This document shows, in pieces, positions 47,595-57,824 of a DNA stretch of 64,000 nt. A program made the position numbers and the translations under genes. The stretch spans positions 169,182-233,181 of the forward strand of contig JAJECS010000024.1 of NCBI GenBank assembly GCA_022821905.1, written 5' to 3'. Below the pieces are notes generated by a model. That model was not told the DNA's origin. It did no database searches and worked only from the letters and a program-made list of their open reading frames with translations. The DNA comes from Chloroflexota bacterium. GTDB taxonomy: Bacteria > Chloroflexota > UBA11872. How positions within the stretch are numbered: the first letter of the stretch is position 1; each line of letters starts with the position of its first letter.

Positions 47595-48686
47595 CTAGGT
47601 CGGCTTCACGGTTATCCAGGCGCCGAGAATGGCGCTGCGCCGCGGGTCGTTGCGGTCCGTCTCGGCATAGGCAGCCAGCAGCGTGTCGGGCGCCACCTCG
47701 ATCACCCAATCGTAGTTGCCGCAGTCCCAGGCCTGGGTGCCCAAGTTGAGGCAAGTGTGTCCCATCCAGGTGTGGCCGTCGTCGCGGCTGAAGGCGAGCC
47801 AGTCGCCTGGTCTGCCATAAATCACGGCGAGAACGCCGTTCGTCATGCGGCAGGCCTTGGGCAAGACGCCGCGGTCGGCGACGGGTTCCGGAGCGCTCCA
47901 CGAGTGACCGTCGTCGGCGGACCGGCTCATGGCGAGCGCGGTGTGCCGCCCCTCGTATCGCCCACCGGTGCGCATGAAACACAGCAGGTCGCCGTTCGGC
48001 AGCGCCAGCAAGTCGGGCTCGGTGAATCCCTCGATGTGGTGCGTGTGGGTCGGGTTGAGGTCAAAGGCCACGCTCGCGCGATAGCTCCAGGTCGCTCCGC
48101 GATCGTCCGAGCGAATGACGAACACCCGATGCTTGACGTCGCCGGCAAACTTCCCGAGCACGGTGGCCAGGAGGCTCCCGTCGCGGAGCGCCACGAGGCC
48201 GTGATCCACGTAGGCGTAGACGTGCCGGCCCCACTTCTCGCTGTCTTCCTCCGCCAGCTCGGGAACACCCGAGATCAGCGCCGATTCCGGGGCGTGCGTC
48301 TGGCCGTTGTCGTGCGAGCGATGGATCGAAAATCGATAGGCGCCCGGGGCGTCGGCGCGCGTCAGCCAAGGTTCGCCCGGCGTTCCCACGTGCAGCAGCT
48401 CGCCGTCGTCGAACTGGTGCACGTAGAAGCTGGGCCAGGCGGGCGCGGCGTACCATGTCTCGCCGCCGTCACGCGACCGGCGCCAGGTGAGTTCGGGCTC
48501 GACGGTGCGAGGCCCACCCACCACCAACTCACCATTGGCCAGCCAGAAGAGGAACCCGCAGGGGCACTGATTCTCATGCGCGGGAATCAGGGTCTCGGTG
48601 CGCTCGACCTGCACGGTGAGGCCAGGAAACGTATAGGAGCCCCGGCCGAGCGCCTCGCGCCTGCCGTTGGGCTTGGTGATTGCCAT
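47595..48686 (-). CDS. BNR/sialidase-fold protein
   Basis: Asp boxes SRDGGETW, SHDNGQT, SDDRGATW, SADDGHSW, SRDDGHTW. Also FTEPD, MRTG, GNYD. Confidence 0.85.
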   Translation of the reverse strand: MAITKPNGRREALGRGSYTFPGLTVQVERTETLIPAHENQCPCGFLFWLANGELVVGGPRTVEPELTWRRSRDGGETWYAAPAWPSFYVHQFDDGELLHVGTPGEPWLTRADAPGAYRFSIHRSHDNGQTHAPESALISGVPELAEEDSEKWGRHVYAYVDHGLVALRDGSLLATVLGKFAGDVKHRVFVIRSDDRGATWSYRASVAFDLNPTHTHHIEGFTEPDLLALPNGDLLCFMRTGGRYEGRHTALAMSRSADDGHSWSAPEPVADRGVLPKACRMTNGVLAVIYGRPGDWLAFSRDDGHTWMGHTCLNLGTQAWDCGNYDWVIEVAPDTLLAAYAETDRNDPRRSAILGAWITVKPT

Positions 48687-48934
48687 GTGGCGACTCCGCC
48701 GGCAACGGGTGTGGTCCACTTTACGCGGTTCGGGGTAGCGCTCGGCACGACGGGAGTTCTCACCCACCATGGGCGCCAACTACTGACCCACGGCGACCTC
48801 TACCCGAGCACGGCGACAGCTCAATCCAGCTCCCGCGGCGACCAGGATGTCAGGCCACCGGCTTGGCACACCGCAACGCCGTTATCCAAGGCGTGCGACG
48901 CGGCCTTGCTCCTCCGCGAGCGTTCGCCCTCCGT

Positions 48935-50035
48935 CTAGCTTCGCTCGTCGATCGCGCGCACCTCATCGGACCAATCGCGCCAGATGCCGCCGCCGTCATC
49001 GTCCATCGCCAGCGCATCGGAGAGCGACTCGAGCGTTTTGAGATAGCCGTAGATCGTGGCCTGGCGGATGACGTCGCTGGATTTGTTCTGTCCGGGGATG
49101 TGCAGGATCTTCGTGTGCCACAAGACCAAGGTGCCAGCCGGCCCATGTGTCTCGAAAGGCTGGGTATCGGCCTTGATCTGTTCGAAGAGCGGGTCTGGAA
49201 GCGCGTCATAGCCCCCCGCCATGCGCATCTGCTCGCGCTGGCCCGTGTGCGTCGTCCCCTGCTCATGAAAGGCCTTCCACTGCTGCTCCCAGATCCGCGT
49301 GTGGCTGCCCGGCCACACGGTGAAGCCGCCGGAGGCGGGCGGAAGGTCGTCGATGTAGGCGGCGAACTGTAGGCGTGTCCTGCCATAGCACGGGCCGTCG
49401 GAATGGGAGCCGCGCCAGTTCGGCCCTGGCGAGGGGCTGTTCGGCAGCGTGCAATACAGGCCGCGTGTCCCTTGTCCGTTCATCCACACCGGTCCGGTCT
49501 TGGGCACCCGCAGATCCTCCGTCGTGTAACTTGCGGCTTCCCGATAATTCTCGATCTTCCGGCCCAAGTGACTCGCAAGTCCCTCCATGGCGCCGTCGTC
49601 CATAAGGCAGGGGCCGGTCGCAAACCCAGACTGGTCCAGACCGGCGGGCCATACCACCGTCCCCTTCCCGAGCAGTTGCTCGGCGACCTGCCACGCCGCC
49701 CGCGGACCAAGGTCGAGCGCGAGATCTTCAGACCCATTGCGAATAGTCAACCGGTGGCCCTTGCCGCTCAAGAGCGGCTCGCCGCCGTCTGCGGGACGCC
49801 GGGCGCTGAAGCCGGCGGTTTCCTCTGCTGTGATCGGGCCCCACGTCGAGGGATCGTCTCGCTTCATGCGGGGCAGGTCTGCCGCAATCGTCTCCCACAT
49901 GTCGTCCCGGGCGCGGCGGCAAATATCCGGGTCGAGCACCGCCGGAAGCACGAGAACGCCATCGCGCTTGAACTGGGCGATCTGACTGGCCGTCAAGGGC
50001 GCAACTTGCGGCACGCTCGGGGAAGGCGTCGGCAT
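48935..50035 (-). CDS. Phytanoyl-CoA dioxygenase (PhyH)-family Fe/2OG oxygenase
   Basis: LTASQIAQFKRDG, HSD, GGFTVWPGSH, GPAGTLVLWH..LH. Confidence 0.85.
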   Translation of the reverse strand: MPTPSPSVPQVAPLTASQIAQFKRDGVLVLPAVLDPDICRRARDDMWETIAADLPRMKRDDPSTWGPITAEETAGFSARRPADGGEPLLSGKGHRLTIRNGSEDLALDLGPRAAWQVAEQLLGKGTVVWPAGLDQSGFATGPCLMDDGAMEGLASHLGRKIENYREAASYTTEDLRVPKTGPVWMNGQGTRGLYCTLPNSPSPGPNWRGSHSDGPCYGRTRLQFAAYIDDLPPASGGFTVWPGSHTRIWEQQWKAFHEQGTTHTGQREQMRMAGGYDALPDPLFEQIKADTQPFETHGPAGTLVLWHTKILHIPGQNKSSDVIRQATIYGYLKTLESLSDALAMDDDGGGIWRDWSDEVRAIDERS

Positions 50036-50279
50036 CGGATCTTGTCCTTGGTTGAGAGGCATCCCGCGCTGACGCTGGATTATCAACCGCGCGCGCCCGC
50101 GGCGTAAAGACCACCGGTGCTCGCGGGCTCGAAGAGGCGGTCGTCACAGCGGATGTCCCGGAGCCACCATGACACCCAGGGACATCCTCGAAGGTCCGCA
50201 CGATGCATCCACCTGCGCCGCCACGGACTGCGTGACACACTCGCCCTAGCGGCAACGGCGCGCACGGGGAGACAGGCCA

Positions 50280-51287
50280 ATGGAGTACCGCAATCTCGGT
50301 CGCACGGGGGTCAGGGTCAGCCCGCTGTGTCTGGGCTGTTGGAACTTCGGCCAGGTGACCGATCAAGACCAGACGCAAGCCATCATCGACCGCGCGCTCG
50401 ATGCCGGCATCAACTTCTTTGACACTGCCAACTCCTATGGCCGCGGCACCAGCGAGACCATGGTCGGAAAGGCGTTGCGCGAATCGGGCGGTCGCTCCCG
50501 CGTGGTGCTGGCCACGAAGGTCCACTTCCCCATGGACGACGACGACCCGAACGCGCAGGGCAACAGCCGGCGGCACCTCATCGAGCAGTGCGAGGCCTCC
50601 CTGCGGCGCCTGCAAACCGACTACATCGACCTCTATCAGGTGCACCGGCCCGTGACGGACGTGCCGCTGGACGAGACGCTGCGCGCGCTCGACGACCTCA
50701 TTCGCAGCGGCAAGGTGCGCTACGTCGGCACCAGCACCTTCCCCGCGTGGCAGGTGGTGGAATCGCTCTGGCTCTCACGCGAGTTGGGACTGAATCGCAT
50801 GATCTGCGACCAGCCGCCCTATCACCTGCTCGACCGCCGCATCGAGCGTGAGCTGGTGCCGATGGCGCTGAACTTCGGCATCGGCATCATTCCCTGGGCG
50901 CCGATGGCGGGCGGCTTCCTCACGGGCCGGTATGTCCGAGGCGCAGCGCCGCCGTCCGGGTCGCGCTTCGAGCGCAGCGTCGATGCCCAGCGCCAACGCG
51001 GCCTCTTCACCGACGCGGCGTTTGCGGTGGTGGAGGAGCTGACGGCCATCGCCAAGGACAAGGGCTGCACGCCCGGCCAGCTGGCCCTGGCGTGGAACAT
51101 GCGGCAGCCGGGGATCACGAGTCCCATCGCGGGACCGCGCACGCCGGAGCAGTGGGCGGAGAACCTGGGCGCGATCAACGTGGTGGTCACGGACGCCGAT
51201 CGCGAGCGGTTGGATGCCGTGGCGCCGCCCGGCCGGGCCATCGCCACCTACTACAACGCTCCCTGGGGTCCCCACGAGTACCGCTGA
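50280..51287 (+). CDS. Aldo/keto reductase
   Basis: LGRTGVRVSPLCLG, FFDTANSY, LATK, IDLYQVH. Confidence 0.94.
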   Translation: MEYRNLGRTGVRVSPLCLGCWNFGQVTDQDQTQAIIDRALDAGINFFDTANSYGRGTSETMVGKALRESGGRSRVVLATKVHFPMDDDDPNAQGNSRRHLIEQCEASLRRLQTDYIDLYQVHRPVTDVPLDETLRALDDLIRSGKVRYVGTSTFPAWQVVESLWLSRELGLNRMICDQPPYHLLDRRIERELVPMALNFGIGIIPWAPMAGGFLTGRYVRGAAPPSGSRFERSVDAQRQRGLFTDAAFAVVEELTAIAKDKGCTPGQLALAWNMRQPGITSPIAGPRTPEQWAENLGAINVVVTDADRERLDAVAPPGRAIATYYNAPWGPHEYR

Positions 51288-51339
51288 TGCGGCAAAGACC
51301 ACCCCTTCCCAACAGCTCGCACTCCCTGCGTCCACCTTC

Positions 51340-51386
51340 GTCACTCCCGCAAACTCCTTCGTCATTCCCGCGGAGGCGGGAATCCA
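51340..51386. repeat. GTCATTCCCGCG palindrome preceded by a partial tandem copy
   Basis: gtcactcccgcaaactccttc-gtcattcccgcggaggcgggaatcca. Confidence 0.8.
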
Positions 51387-51437
51387 TATCCCCAAATACC
51401 TTGTGGACCGTCGGAAAGCCCGTGGCGCCTTGGGAGC

Positions 51438-51462
51438 GGGCGGGTTTGAAACCCGCCCCTAC
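51438..51462 (-). repeat. GTAG-type REP
   Basis: Reverse strand reads gtag-gggcgggttt-c-aaacccgccc. Confidence 0.7.
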
Positions 51463-51495
51463 GCGGCTGTGCCGGGCTCCCCGAAGCAGGTAGCC

Positions 51496-52701
51496 ATGCG
51501 TCTGCATCCGAGCCTCGATGGAGGACCCTTTCCCCACGACGACCTCCAGGGCGTCGGCAAGGAACTGGCCTTCTCGGTCGACGAGTACCGTGGCCGCCTT
51601 GCGCGAGCCCACGCCGCCATGGACGCCGCCGGACTCGACGCGCTGCTGGTGATGAACCCGGCCAACGTCTTTTATCTCTCCGGCTTCCAGACCTTCGCCG
51701 TCGACGGCGCCGCCTGCCTGGTCGTGCCCCGCCACGGCAACCCGTCCATCGCGATGGACCCGCCGGAGTTCGGGAGCGCCTGGATCAGCACGTGGTTCAA
51801 GGACCTGCGCGGCTATCCGCCCGGAGGCGACCGGCCGGCCTACGCCGCCTCGATGCTGGCCGAGCACGGGCTGGAACGTGGGCGCATCGGCGCCGACGAC
51901 GCCAACTGGGGCCAGACGCCCGCCTTTCGCGCCGGACTGGAGCGATCCCTTCCCCACGCCGAGTTCGTCGGCGCCGGCGAGCTTTTCGTCGAGCTCAAGC
52001 GCTTGAAGTCTCCCGCCGAGATCGAGCACGTCCGTTGGGCGGCGCTCGCCACGCGGGCGGCGACCGAGGCCGCCGTGGAAACCGCCGCTGCGGGCATCAC
52101 CGACGGTGAAGTCGCCGGTGCGGCTTACGCCGCCATGGCGCACGCAGGCGGCGAATATCCCTGCCTGGCCCCCATCGTCACCAGCGGCCACCGCTCGGGG
52201 ATCCTGCACTCCACCCACAAGCGCCGCACGATCGAGCCCGGCGACTCGATCCTTCTCGAAATCGGCGCCTGCCATCAGCGCTACACCGCGCCGCAGATGC
52301 GCACGCTGACCGTCGGCCCGGCGGCCGACGAGGTCCGCCGCGCGGCCGACGCCTGTATCGCCGCCCTCAGCGCCGTGCTGGACGCGCTGCGACCGGGCGC
52401 GGTGGCCCGCGACGTGGCCGAGACCGGCTGGCGCGCGCTCGCCGCCGCGGGCGACGACCTGGTCTTTCACGGCAACTTTGGCTACGGCATCGGCGCGGGA
52501 TTTCCGCCCAACTGGGCCGACGCGACCGGATTCATCCAGCGCGACCAATCCACGGTTCTCGAACCCGGCATGGTGTTCCATCACCCCATCGCCGTGCGGC
52601 GGCTCGGAGAGTTTGGCGTCGCCTTCAGCGAGACCAGCGTCATCACCAAGGACGGCTGCGAGATCCTGACCCACGGTGAGCGCGCTCTCATCGAGCGCTA
52701 G
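51496..52701 (+). CDS. M24/creatinase-fold hydrolase (DoeA/EutD-like)
   Basis: FSVDEYRGRL, KSPAEI, LEIGACHQRYTAPQMRT, GYGIGAGFPPNW, FSET. Confidence 0.85.
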   Translation: MRLHPSLDGGPFPHDDLQGVGKELAFSVDEYRGRLARAHAAMDAAGLDALLVMNPANVFYLSGFQTFAVDGAACLVVPRHGNPSIAMDPPEFGSAWISTWFKDLRGYPPGGDRPAYAASMLAEHGLERGRIGADDANWGQTPAFRAGLERSLPHAEFVGAGELFVELKRLKSPAEIEHVRWAALATRAATEAAVETAAAGITDGEVAGAAYAAMAHAGGEYPCLAPIVTSGHRSGILHSTHKRRTIEPGDSILLEIGACHQRYTAPQMRTLTVGPAADEVRRAADACIAALSAVLDALRPGAVARDVAETGWRALAAAGDDLVFHGNFGYGIGAGFPPNWADATGFIQRDQSTVLEPGMVFHHPIAVRRLGEFGVAFSETSVITKDGCEILTHGERALIER

Positions 52702-52768
52702 CCGATGCACGCAAGTCTCCGCAGCGGGGCATGGGCGGGTGCGGAGGGCGATCGTGACACGCCTCTCG

Positions 52769-52851
52769 CCGTTCGTGGTGAGCCTCAAGCCGTTCGTGGT
52801 GAGCCTGTCGAACCATGAACGGCGCCCTTCGACGTTGCTCAGGGCGAACGG
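52769..52851. repeat. Second copy of the CCGTTCGTGGTGAGC palindromic element
   Basis: Matches 36811-36893. Confidence 0.85.
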
Positions 52852-52943
52852 AGTTTTGAGAATGGGTGGAATGCCGCGCCGGGCACCGAAGGAATTCTGG
52901 TCTCGCACCGGTGACCACGTCGTGTGGGAAGGACGGTTCGGAA

Positions 52944-53681
52944 GTGTCTTCCTGCCGCGTCGGCATCGTCTGGCCCGAGGCCGTGCAGGCTGGGCATCTC
53001 ACCGAGTTGCGTGAGTTCGTCCCTCCGGGCCTTGAGCTGGACATCGAGCCGGTGGACTCCGCGCCGCCGCTGGGCGACGACGGCATCACGCTGGCCCACG
53101 TGGAAGGCATCGCCAGTGATCCCGGCATCGGCCGCGCGGCAAAACGCCTCGCCCAGCGCGGCGCCCAGGCCGTGGCCTACGGCTGCACCTCGGGCAGCTA
53201 CGTCCTCGGCCCCGACGGCGACGCGGCGATTGCGGCGGACATGCGCACCGCTGCCGGCGTTCCGGCCACCACCACCTCCACCGCCGCCGTCGCCGCGCTG
53301 CGCGAGCTTGGCGTCAATCGAGTCGCCGTGCTCTCGCCGCACATCGACGCGCTCAACGAACGCCTGCGCGCCTACCTCGAAGCCATTGGGTTCGAGGTGG
53401 TGCGCATGTTCGGCCTCAACTGCCGGGGCGCCATCGAGGCCATCGAACCCGCCGAGACGGGCGAACTCGTAACCTCCCGCGTCGACACGCCGGCGGCCGA
53501 GGCTGTCTTCATCAGCTGCACCGGCCTGCGCACCGCCGCCATCCTCGACGACCTCGAAGCGGCGATTGCCAAACCCATCGTCACCGCCAACCAGGCCACC
53601 CTGTGGCACGTGGCCCGGCTCGCCGGCGCCCCAGCCACCACGCCCGCCCGAGGCCGCCTGCTCGCCGCATCGCCCAGCTGA
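52944..53681 (+). CDS. Asp/Glu racemase / maleate cis-trans isomerase family (EutA-like)
   Basis: AYGCTSGS, VFISCTGL, PIVTANQA (two catalytic Cys). Confidence 0.87.
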   Translation: MSSCRVGIVWPEAVQAGHLTELREFVPPGLELDIEPVDSAPPLGDDGITLAHVEGIASDPGIGRAAKRLAQRGAQAVAYGCTSGSYVLGPDGDAAIAADMRTAAGVPATTTSTAAVAALRELGVNRVAVLSPHIDALNERLRAYLEAIGFEVVRMFGLNCRGAIEAIEPAETGELVTSRVDTPAAEAVFISCTGLRTAAILDDLEAAIAKPIVTANQATLWHVARLAGAPATTPARGRLLAASPS

Positions 53682-53871
53682 CCGCATTGGTCCGCACCGT
53701 CGGAGCAGACGAAAGCCGGCATAGCGCCTAAGCAGCGAAATCTCCCGCGCACCGGCTGATTCAAGATCCGAATTTGAATTAGCCGATGCCGCACATTCGC
53801 CGCACGAGTGCGCACGTCCGAAGTGCGATGCCAAGATGGTCGTCCACGCGAGCATGGGAGCGGGACCGGGC

Positions 53872-54732
53872 ATGAGCCGAGCGGATTCGGGCAACTCACC
53901 AGGTCAGCCCTTGAGTCCCGACCATCCCGCAGACCTCTACTCAGGCACTGCGGCAGACTATGCGCGTTACCGGCCGCCCTATCCGGAAGCGCTCCTCGCC
54001 GATCTGCGGCTTCGCGCCGGGATCACGGGAGATGGGCGCCTGCTGGACCTGGCCTGCGGTCCCGGGCGGGTGGCGCTGCCACTGGCGGAGTGGTTCCGCG
54101 AAGTCTGGTCCGTCGATCAAGAGCCGGAGATGATCGAGGTCGGACGGGCGCGGGCCGAGCGACAGGGCCTGACGAACATTCGCTGGATGGTCGGGCGGGC
54201 CGAGGAATTGGAGGCTTCGCCCGGCTCGTTCGAGCTGATCGCCATCGGCGAAGCCCTCCACCGGCTGGATCAGCGAGTGATCGCCGAACGGGCCATGGAA
54301 TGGCTCGCGCCCGGCCGCTGCCTGGCGACGCTAGGGGGCTTCAGCCTGCTGCGGGGACAAGAACCGTGGCACGACGACCTGCGAGCCGTCGTTCGGCGGT
54401 ACGAGGAACAGGGGTCGGACACCCAACCCCCAAGCGCGCGTCCGCCGTCACGCCCACGCGGCGCCGAGCACGATCGGCAGGTACTGACCGCAGCCGGCTT
54501 GCGGCACGTCGGCACATTTGAGTTCCCGCACCCCCATGTCTGGACGCTGGAATCGATCCTGGGAAATTTCCGCTCCACCGCGAGACTCTCGCGGCGAGTC
54601 TTGGGAGACCGAGCCGTGCGCTTCGACGCCGATATGCGCCGCGCGCTGCTGGCATTCGACTCGAGCGGTCACTACCCGGAGACCCTCCGGTTCGGCTACA
54701 GCCTCTTCAAGACACCGGAAAGCCGGATCTAG
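53872..54732 (+). CDS. Class I SAM-dependent methyltransferase
   Basis: YARYRPPYP, LLDLACGPG, VDQEPEM. Confidence 0.9.
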   Translation: MSRADSGNSPGQPLSPDHPADLYSGTAADYARYRPPYPEALLADLRLRAGITGDGRLLDLACGPGRVALPLAEWFREVWSVDQEPEMIEVGRARAERQGLTNIRWMVGRAEELEASPGSFELIAIGEALHRLDQRVIAERAMEWLAPGRCLATLGGFSLLRGQEPWHDDLRAVVRRYEEQGSDTQPPSARPPSRPRGAEHDRQVLTAAGLRHVGTFEFPHPHVWTLESILGNFRSTARLSRRVLGDRAVRFDADMRRALLAFDSSGHYPETLRFGYSLFKTPESRI

Positions 54733-54763
54733 CGCGTCATCCCTGTCGCAAAGACGCGCGTGT

Positions 54764-56341
54764 TCACCCCGGTGTTGCCGGGATCGCCACGGTCACGGGC
54801 GACCAATCTGGCCAACCGTCGAATCCTTCGTTGTGGGTCAACTGCGTCACGTTCGAGCCGTCGGCGCCCATCACGAAGATCTCAGAGCTTCCTTCGACTT
54901 CCGAATGGAACGCGATGAAACGCCCATCGGGTGACCAATCGGGGGCTCCGTCCAACCCGCTGCCATGGCTCAACTGCGTCACTTCCGATCCGTCCGCGCC
55001 CATGACGTGGACCTTGCGATCCCCGTCGACTTCCGTCACGAAGGCGAGGCGGCTCCCGTCCGGCGACCAATCGGCGTCCAGGTCCGCCACGTCGTTATGG
55101 GTCAGCTGGGTCACGTTCGAGCCGTCCGCATCCATCACGTAGATCTCCATGTCTCCGTCGCGGTTCGACTGGAACACAATGCGGCTCCCGTCGGGCGACC
55201 AATTGGGCACCGCGTCCGTGTCGCCGTTATAGGTCAACTGCGTCACATTCGAGCCGTCCGCATCCATCACGAAAATCTCGAAGTCCCCGTCGAGGTTGGA
55301 GAAGAACACGAGGCGGCTCCCGTCCGGAGACCACCGGGGAGACCAGTTGCTCGCATTGTTCTGGGTCAGCGGCGTCACGTCCGTGCCGTCAGCGCTCATC
55401 ACGTAGATCTCAGCTTGGCCGGGGTCCCGGTCGCGGTCCGAGCCGAATGCAATGCGGCTCCCGTCGGGCGACCACCGCGGGGCGCCGTCCCGAGCATCAG
55501 CATGGGTCAACTGCGTCACACTTGAACCGTCGGGGCGCATGACGAAAATCTTGGTTTTCCCGTCTGCGCGCGAGCCGAACACCAGCAGATCCCCGATCGG
55601 GCGCTTCGCGCCATCGGGAATGATCACGTCGCTCAGGCGCTTCACCTTATCCGGCACGTTCTGCAGATTCACCCGGCCCTCGGTCACGCCGGGCGCCGGA
55701 ACGTTCCAGATCACGAAAACCGTCCGCTGTGACCGCAGCATCTGCAGGCCCTGCGGATTCCCGTTCACCTCGCGCTCCTCGTACCGGATCGGCAGCCCAT
55801 AGAGGTTCAACCAATCCGGCTCCGCCAGAAACCGCTCCTTGATCGCCGGGTTCTGCTCCAGCAGCGCCAGATGGTTCCGCACGATCACGGAGAACTCCGT
55901 CACACCCTGGTCCGCTTCGAGCACCTGGTGGTCCGGCACGTTCGGCAACTCGACCTCCGGATAGCGGTTCGCCAACACATCCAGCGTGTTGTAGTAGTTC
56001 ATCCGCTCCTTGCCGGGATCCCACTGGAGGATGACCTTCTGGAAAGCCTGGAAGGTGAATGGGCCATTCACCCACCGCTGGCTGATCGGATAGCCAATGG
56101 CGTCCGCGCTGCGCACGCGCACGAAGTCCCACAGGGGCACGCCGTCGGCGTTCGTCACCGCAAACCCGTCGTCGGGGTACGGCGTGTCGCCACCGGTATT
56201 CGTGAAGAGGCACCCGTCGTCGAGCTCCATGCCCACACAGTCCAGCGCCAGCGACGTGGCCGATGCCGCCATCAGCGCCAGCGCCCCAGCCACTACCGCC
56301 ACCACGACCATCCGCCACCCGCGCGACCGGTTACGCGTCAT
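54764..56341 (-). CDS. Secreted protein with an N-terminal module and six TolB/PD40-type propeller repeats
   Basis: Signal peptide, then six ~44-aa repeats of xFxSxxDGxxEIxVMxADGSxVTQLT...WSPDG (about 54800-55590). Confidence 0.88.
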   Translation of the reverse strand: MTRNRSRGWRMVVVAVVAGALALMAASATSLALDCVGMELDDGCLFTNTGGDTPYPDDGFAVTNADGVPLWDFVRVRSADAIGYPISQRWVNGPFTFQAFQKVILQWDPGKERMNYYNTLDVLANRYPEVELPNVPDHQVLEADQGVTEFSVIVRNHLALLEQNPAIKERFLAEPDWLNLYGLPIRYEEREVNGNPQGLQMLRSQRTVFVIWNVPAPGVTEGRVNLQNVPDKVKRLSDVIIPDGAKRPIGDLLVFGSRADGKTKIFVMRPDGSSVTQLTHADARDGAPRWSPDGSRIAFGSDRDRDPGQAEIYVMSADGTDVTPLTQNNASNWSPRWSPDGSRLVFFSNLDGDFEIFVMDADGSNVTQLTYNGDTDAVPNWSPDGSRIVFQSNRDGDMEIYVMDADGSNVTQLTHNDVADLDADWSPDGSRLAFVTEVDGDRKVHVMGADGSEVTQLSHGSGLDGAPDWSPDGRFIAFHSEVEGSSEIFVMGADGSNVTQLTHNEGFDGWPDWSPVTVAIPATPG

Positions 56342-56514
56342 GTGCATATCCACCGAATCAACCTCCCGCCCTGCGTGCGCCGAACGCGCATGGTGCGTTG
56401 GTTCGATCCAGAAGGTCAATTCCTCCATCACAGCGGCAGCCTCTCGGCACTTCGCCCCCAATCTCACCGTCAGGCGCCGCCGATCCGGGCACGATCGGTA
56501 GACGGCGATCCAGG

Positions 56515-57627
56515 CTAGAGCTTTATGTCAACCTGTTGGCCGGTTTCCGCCGAGCGGTAGAGCGCGTCGATGATGGTGCTGGTGATCAGGCCCTGGTCGC
56601 CGGTCACCAGCGGCTCAGCGCCCTCGATGATGGCGTTGACGAAGTTCTGCATGGACAGCGTGTGGGGCTTGGGAGGGTCGCGCGGCGGGTAGGACCCCAC
56701 CGCTCTGTCTGAGCTCGGGATCAGGTCCACCAGCATCTCGCCGGTGTCCTTGAACACTCGCACCGGATGCATGCCGGGCGCCGCGTGCCGCGCCTCGTCG
56801 AAGCGCACCTCGCCGCCGCCCTTGTCCCCCGCCAGGGTGATGCCGAAATCCGTCTCTCCCACGTTCATGCCCCAGGCGCACTCCAGCGTCATGGCGGCGC
56901 CGTTGGCGAACTTGATCAGCCCCACCGCGCTCTCGTCGACGTCGGTCGCCGACCGGTCCCAATCGCCCATGGGGTTGAACAGCTCCTCCTGCGTGATGAG
57001 CTTGCGAAAGATCGACCCCGACGCCGACACCGCGGTGGGGAAGCCCATGAGCCAGAGGCCGGTGTCGAGAATGTGCACGCCGATGTCCATCAGCGCGCCG
57101 CCGCCGCTTTGCGCCCTCGTGTGGAAGGCCTGGCGTCCCGGGATGCCTCGTCGCCGCACGTAACGGCCGCGGGCAAAGTAGATCTCGCCGAGCTCGCCGG
57201 CGTCGACGAACCGCTTCATGGTTTGGGCCTGGCGGATGAAGCGCGTCTGAAAGTCCACCGCCAGGATGCGCTTGGCCCGGTGCGAGGCCTCGACCATGGC
57301 GCGCGCGCTGGCCAGGTCCACCGCCATCGGCTTCTCGGTCATGACGTGGCGCCCGGACTCCAGCGCGGCAATGGTCACCGGCGCGTGGAAGTCTGAATGG
57401 GTGCAGACGCTGACGGCGTCGATTTCATCCAGCTCCAGCAGCTGCTCGTAGCTATCGAATGCGTGCGGGATGTCGAACTCCGCCGCCAATGCTTCGGCGC
57501 GTTCGATCTCGATGTCGGCGATGGCCACGATGCGGCAGCGGTCCGGCATGCTCAGGTAGCCGGGAACGTGCGCGCCCCTGGCGACCCCTCCCGCGCCCAC
57601 GATGCCGATGCCAATCTCACCCGCCAT
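56515..57627 (-). CDS. Gfo/Idh/MocA oxidoreductase
   Basis: IGIVGAGGVA, GRHVMTEKP, RRRGIPG, GGGALMDIGVH. Confidence 0.92.
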   Translation of the reverse strand: MAGEIGIGIVGAGGVARGAHVPGYLSMPDRCRIVAIADIEIERAEALAAEFDIPHAFDSYEQLLELDEIDAVSVCTHSDFHAPVTIAALESGRHVMTEKPMAVDLASARAMVEASHRAKRILAVDFQTRFIRQAQTMKRFVDAGELGEIYFARGRYVRRRGIPGRQAFHTRAQSGGGALMDIGVHILDTGLWLMGFPTAVSASGSIFRKLITQEELFNPMGDWDRSATDVDESAVGLIKFANGAAMTLECAWGMNVGETDFGITLAGDKGGGEVRFDEARHAAPGMHPVRVFKDTGEMLVDLIPSSDRAVGSYPPRDPPKPHTLSMQNFVNAIIEGAEPLVTGDQGLITSTIIDALYRSAETGQQVDIKL

Positions 57628-57759
57628 AGCGCGCGCTCCTCACGAACCAAGGGGCGGATTCGACCCGCCGCCGTTCCTTCGCCATTGAGATTTCCGTAGG
57701 ACCCGGTGAAGCGAAGGGTGACCGTGCGAATCCCATTCGCGCCCAGCTTCGCCGAAAGG

Positions 57760-57785
57760 TGGATTCCCGCTTCCGCGGGAATGAC
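57760..57785. repeat. GTCATTCCCGCG palindrome (reverse orientation)
   Basis: tggattcccgcttccgcgggaatgac. Confidence 0.85.
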
Positions 57786-57824
57786 GAAGGGTTACGCAAC
57801 GGTCTCCGTTATTCGCACGCTTCG

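Noticed and set aside
54800-55590. Regularly spaced DNA repeats suggestive of a CRISPR array
   Set aside because: They are in-frame, degenerate PD40 coding repeats. There are no identical repeat-spacer units and no cas genes.
57651-57684. ggcgg-attcgac-ccgcc...gcca resembles a tRNA T-arm and 3' end
   Set aside because: The loop register is wrong, there are no acceptor, D or anticodon arms, and the upstream sequence is the RBS and start of the 57627 gene.
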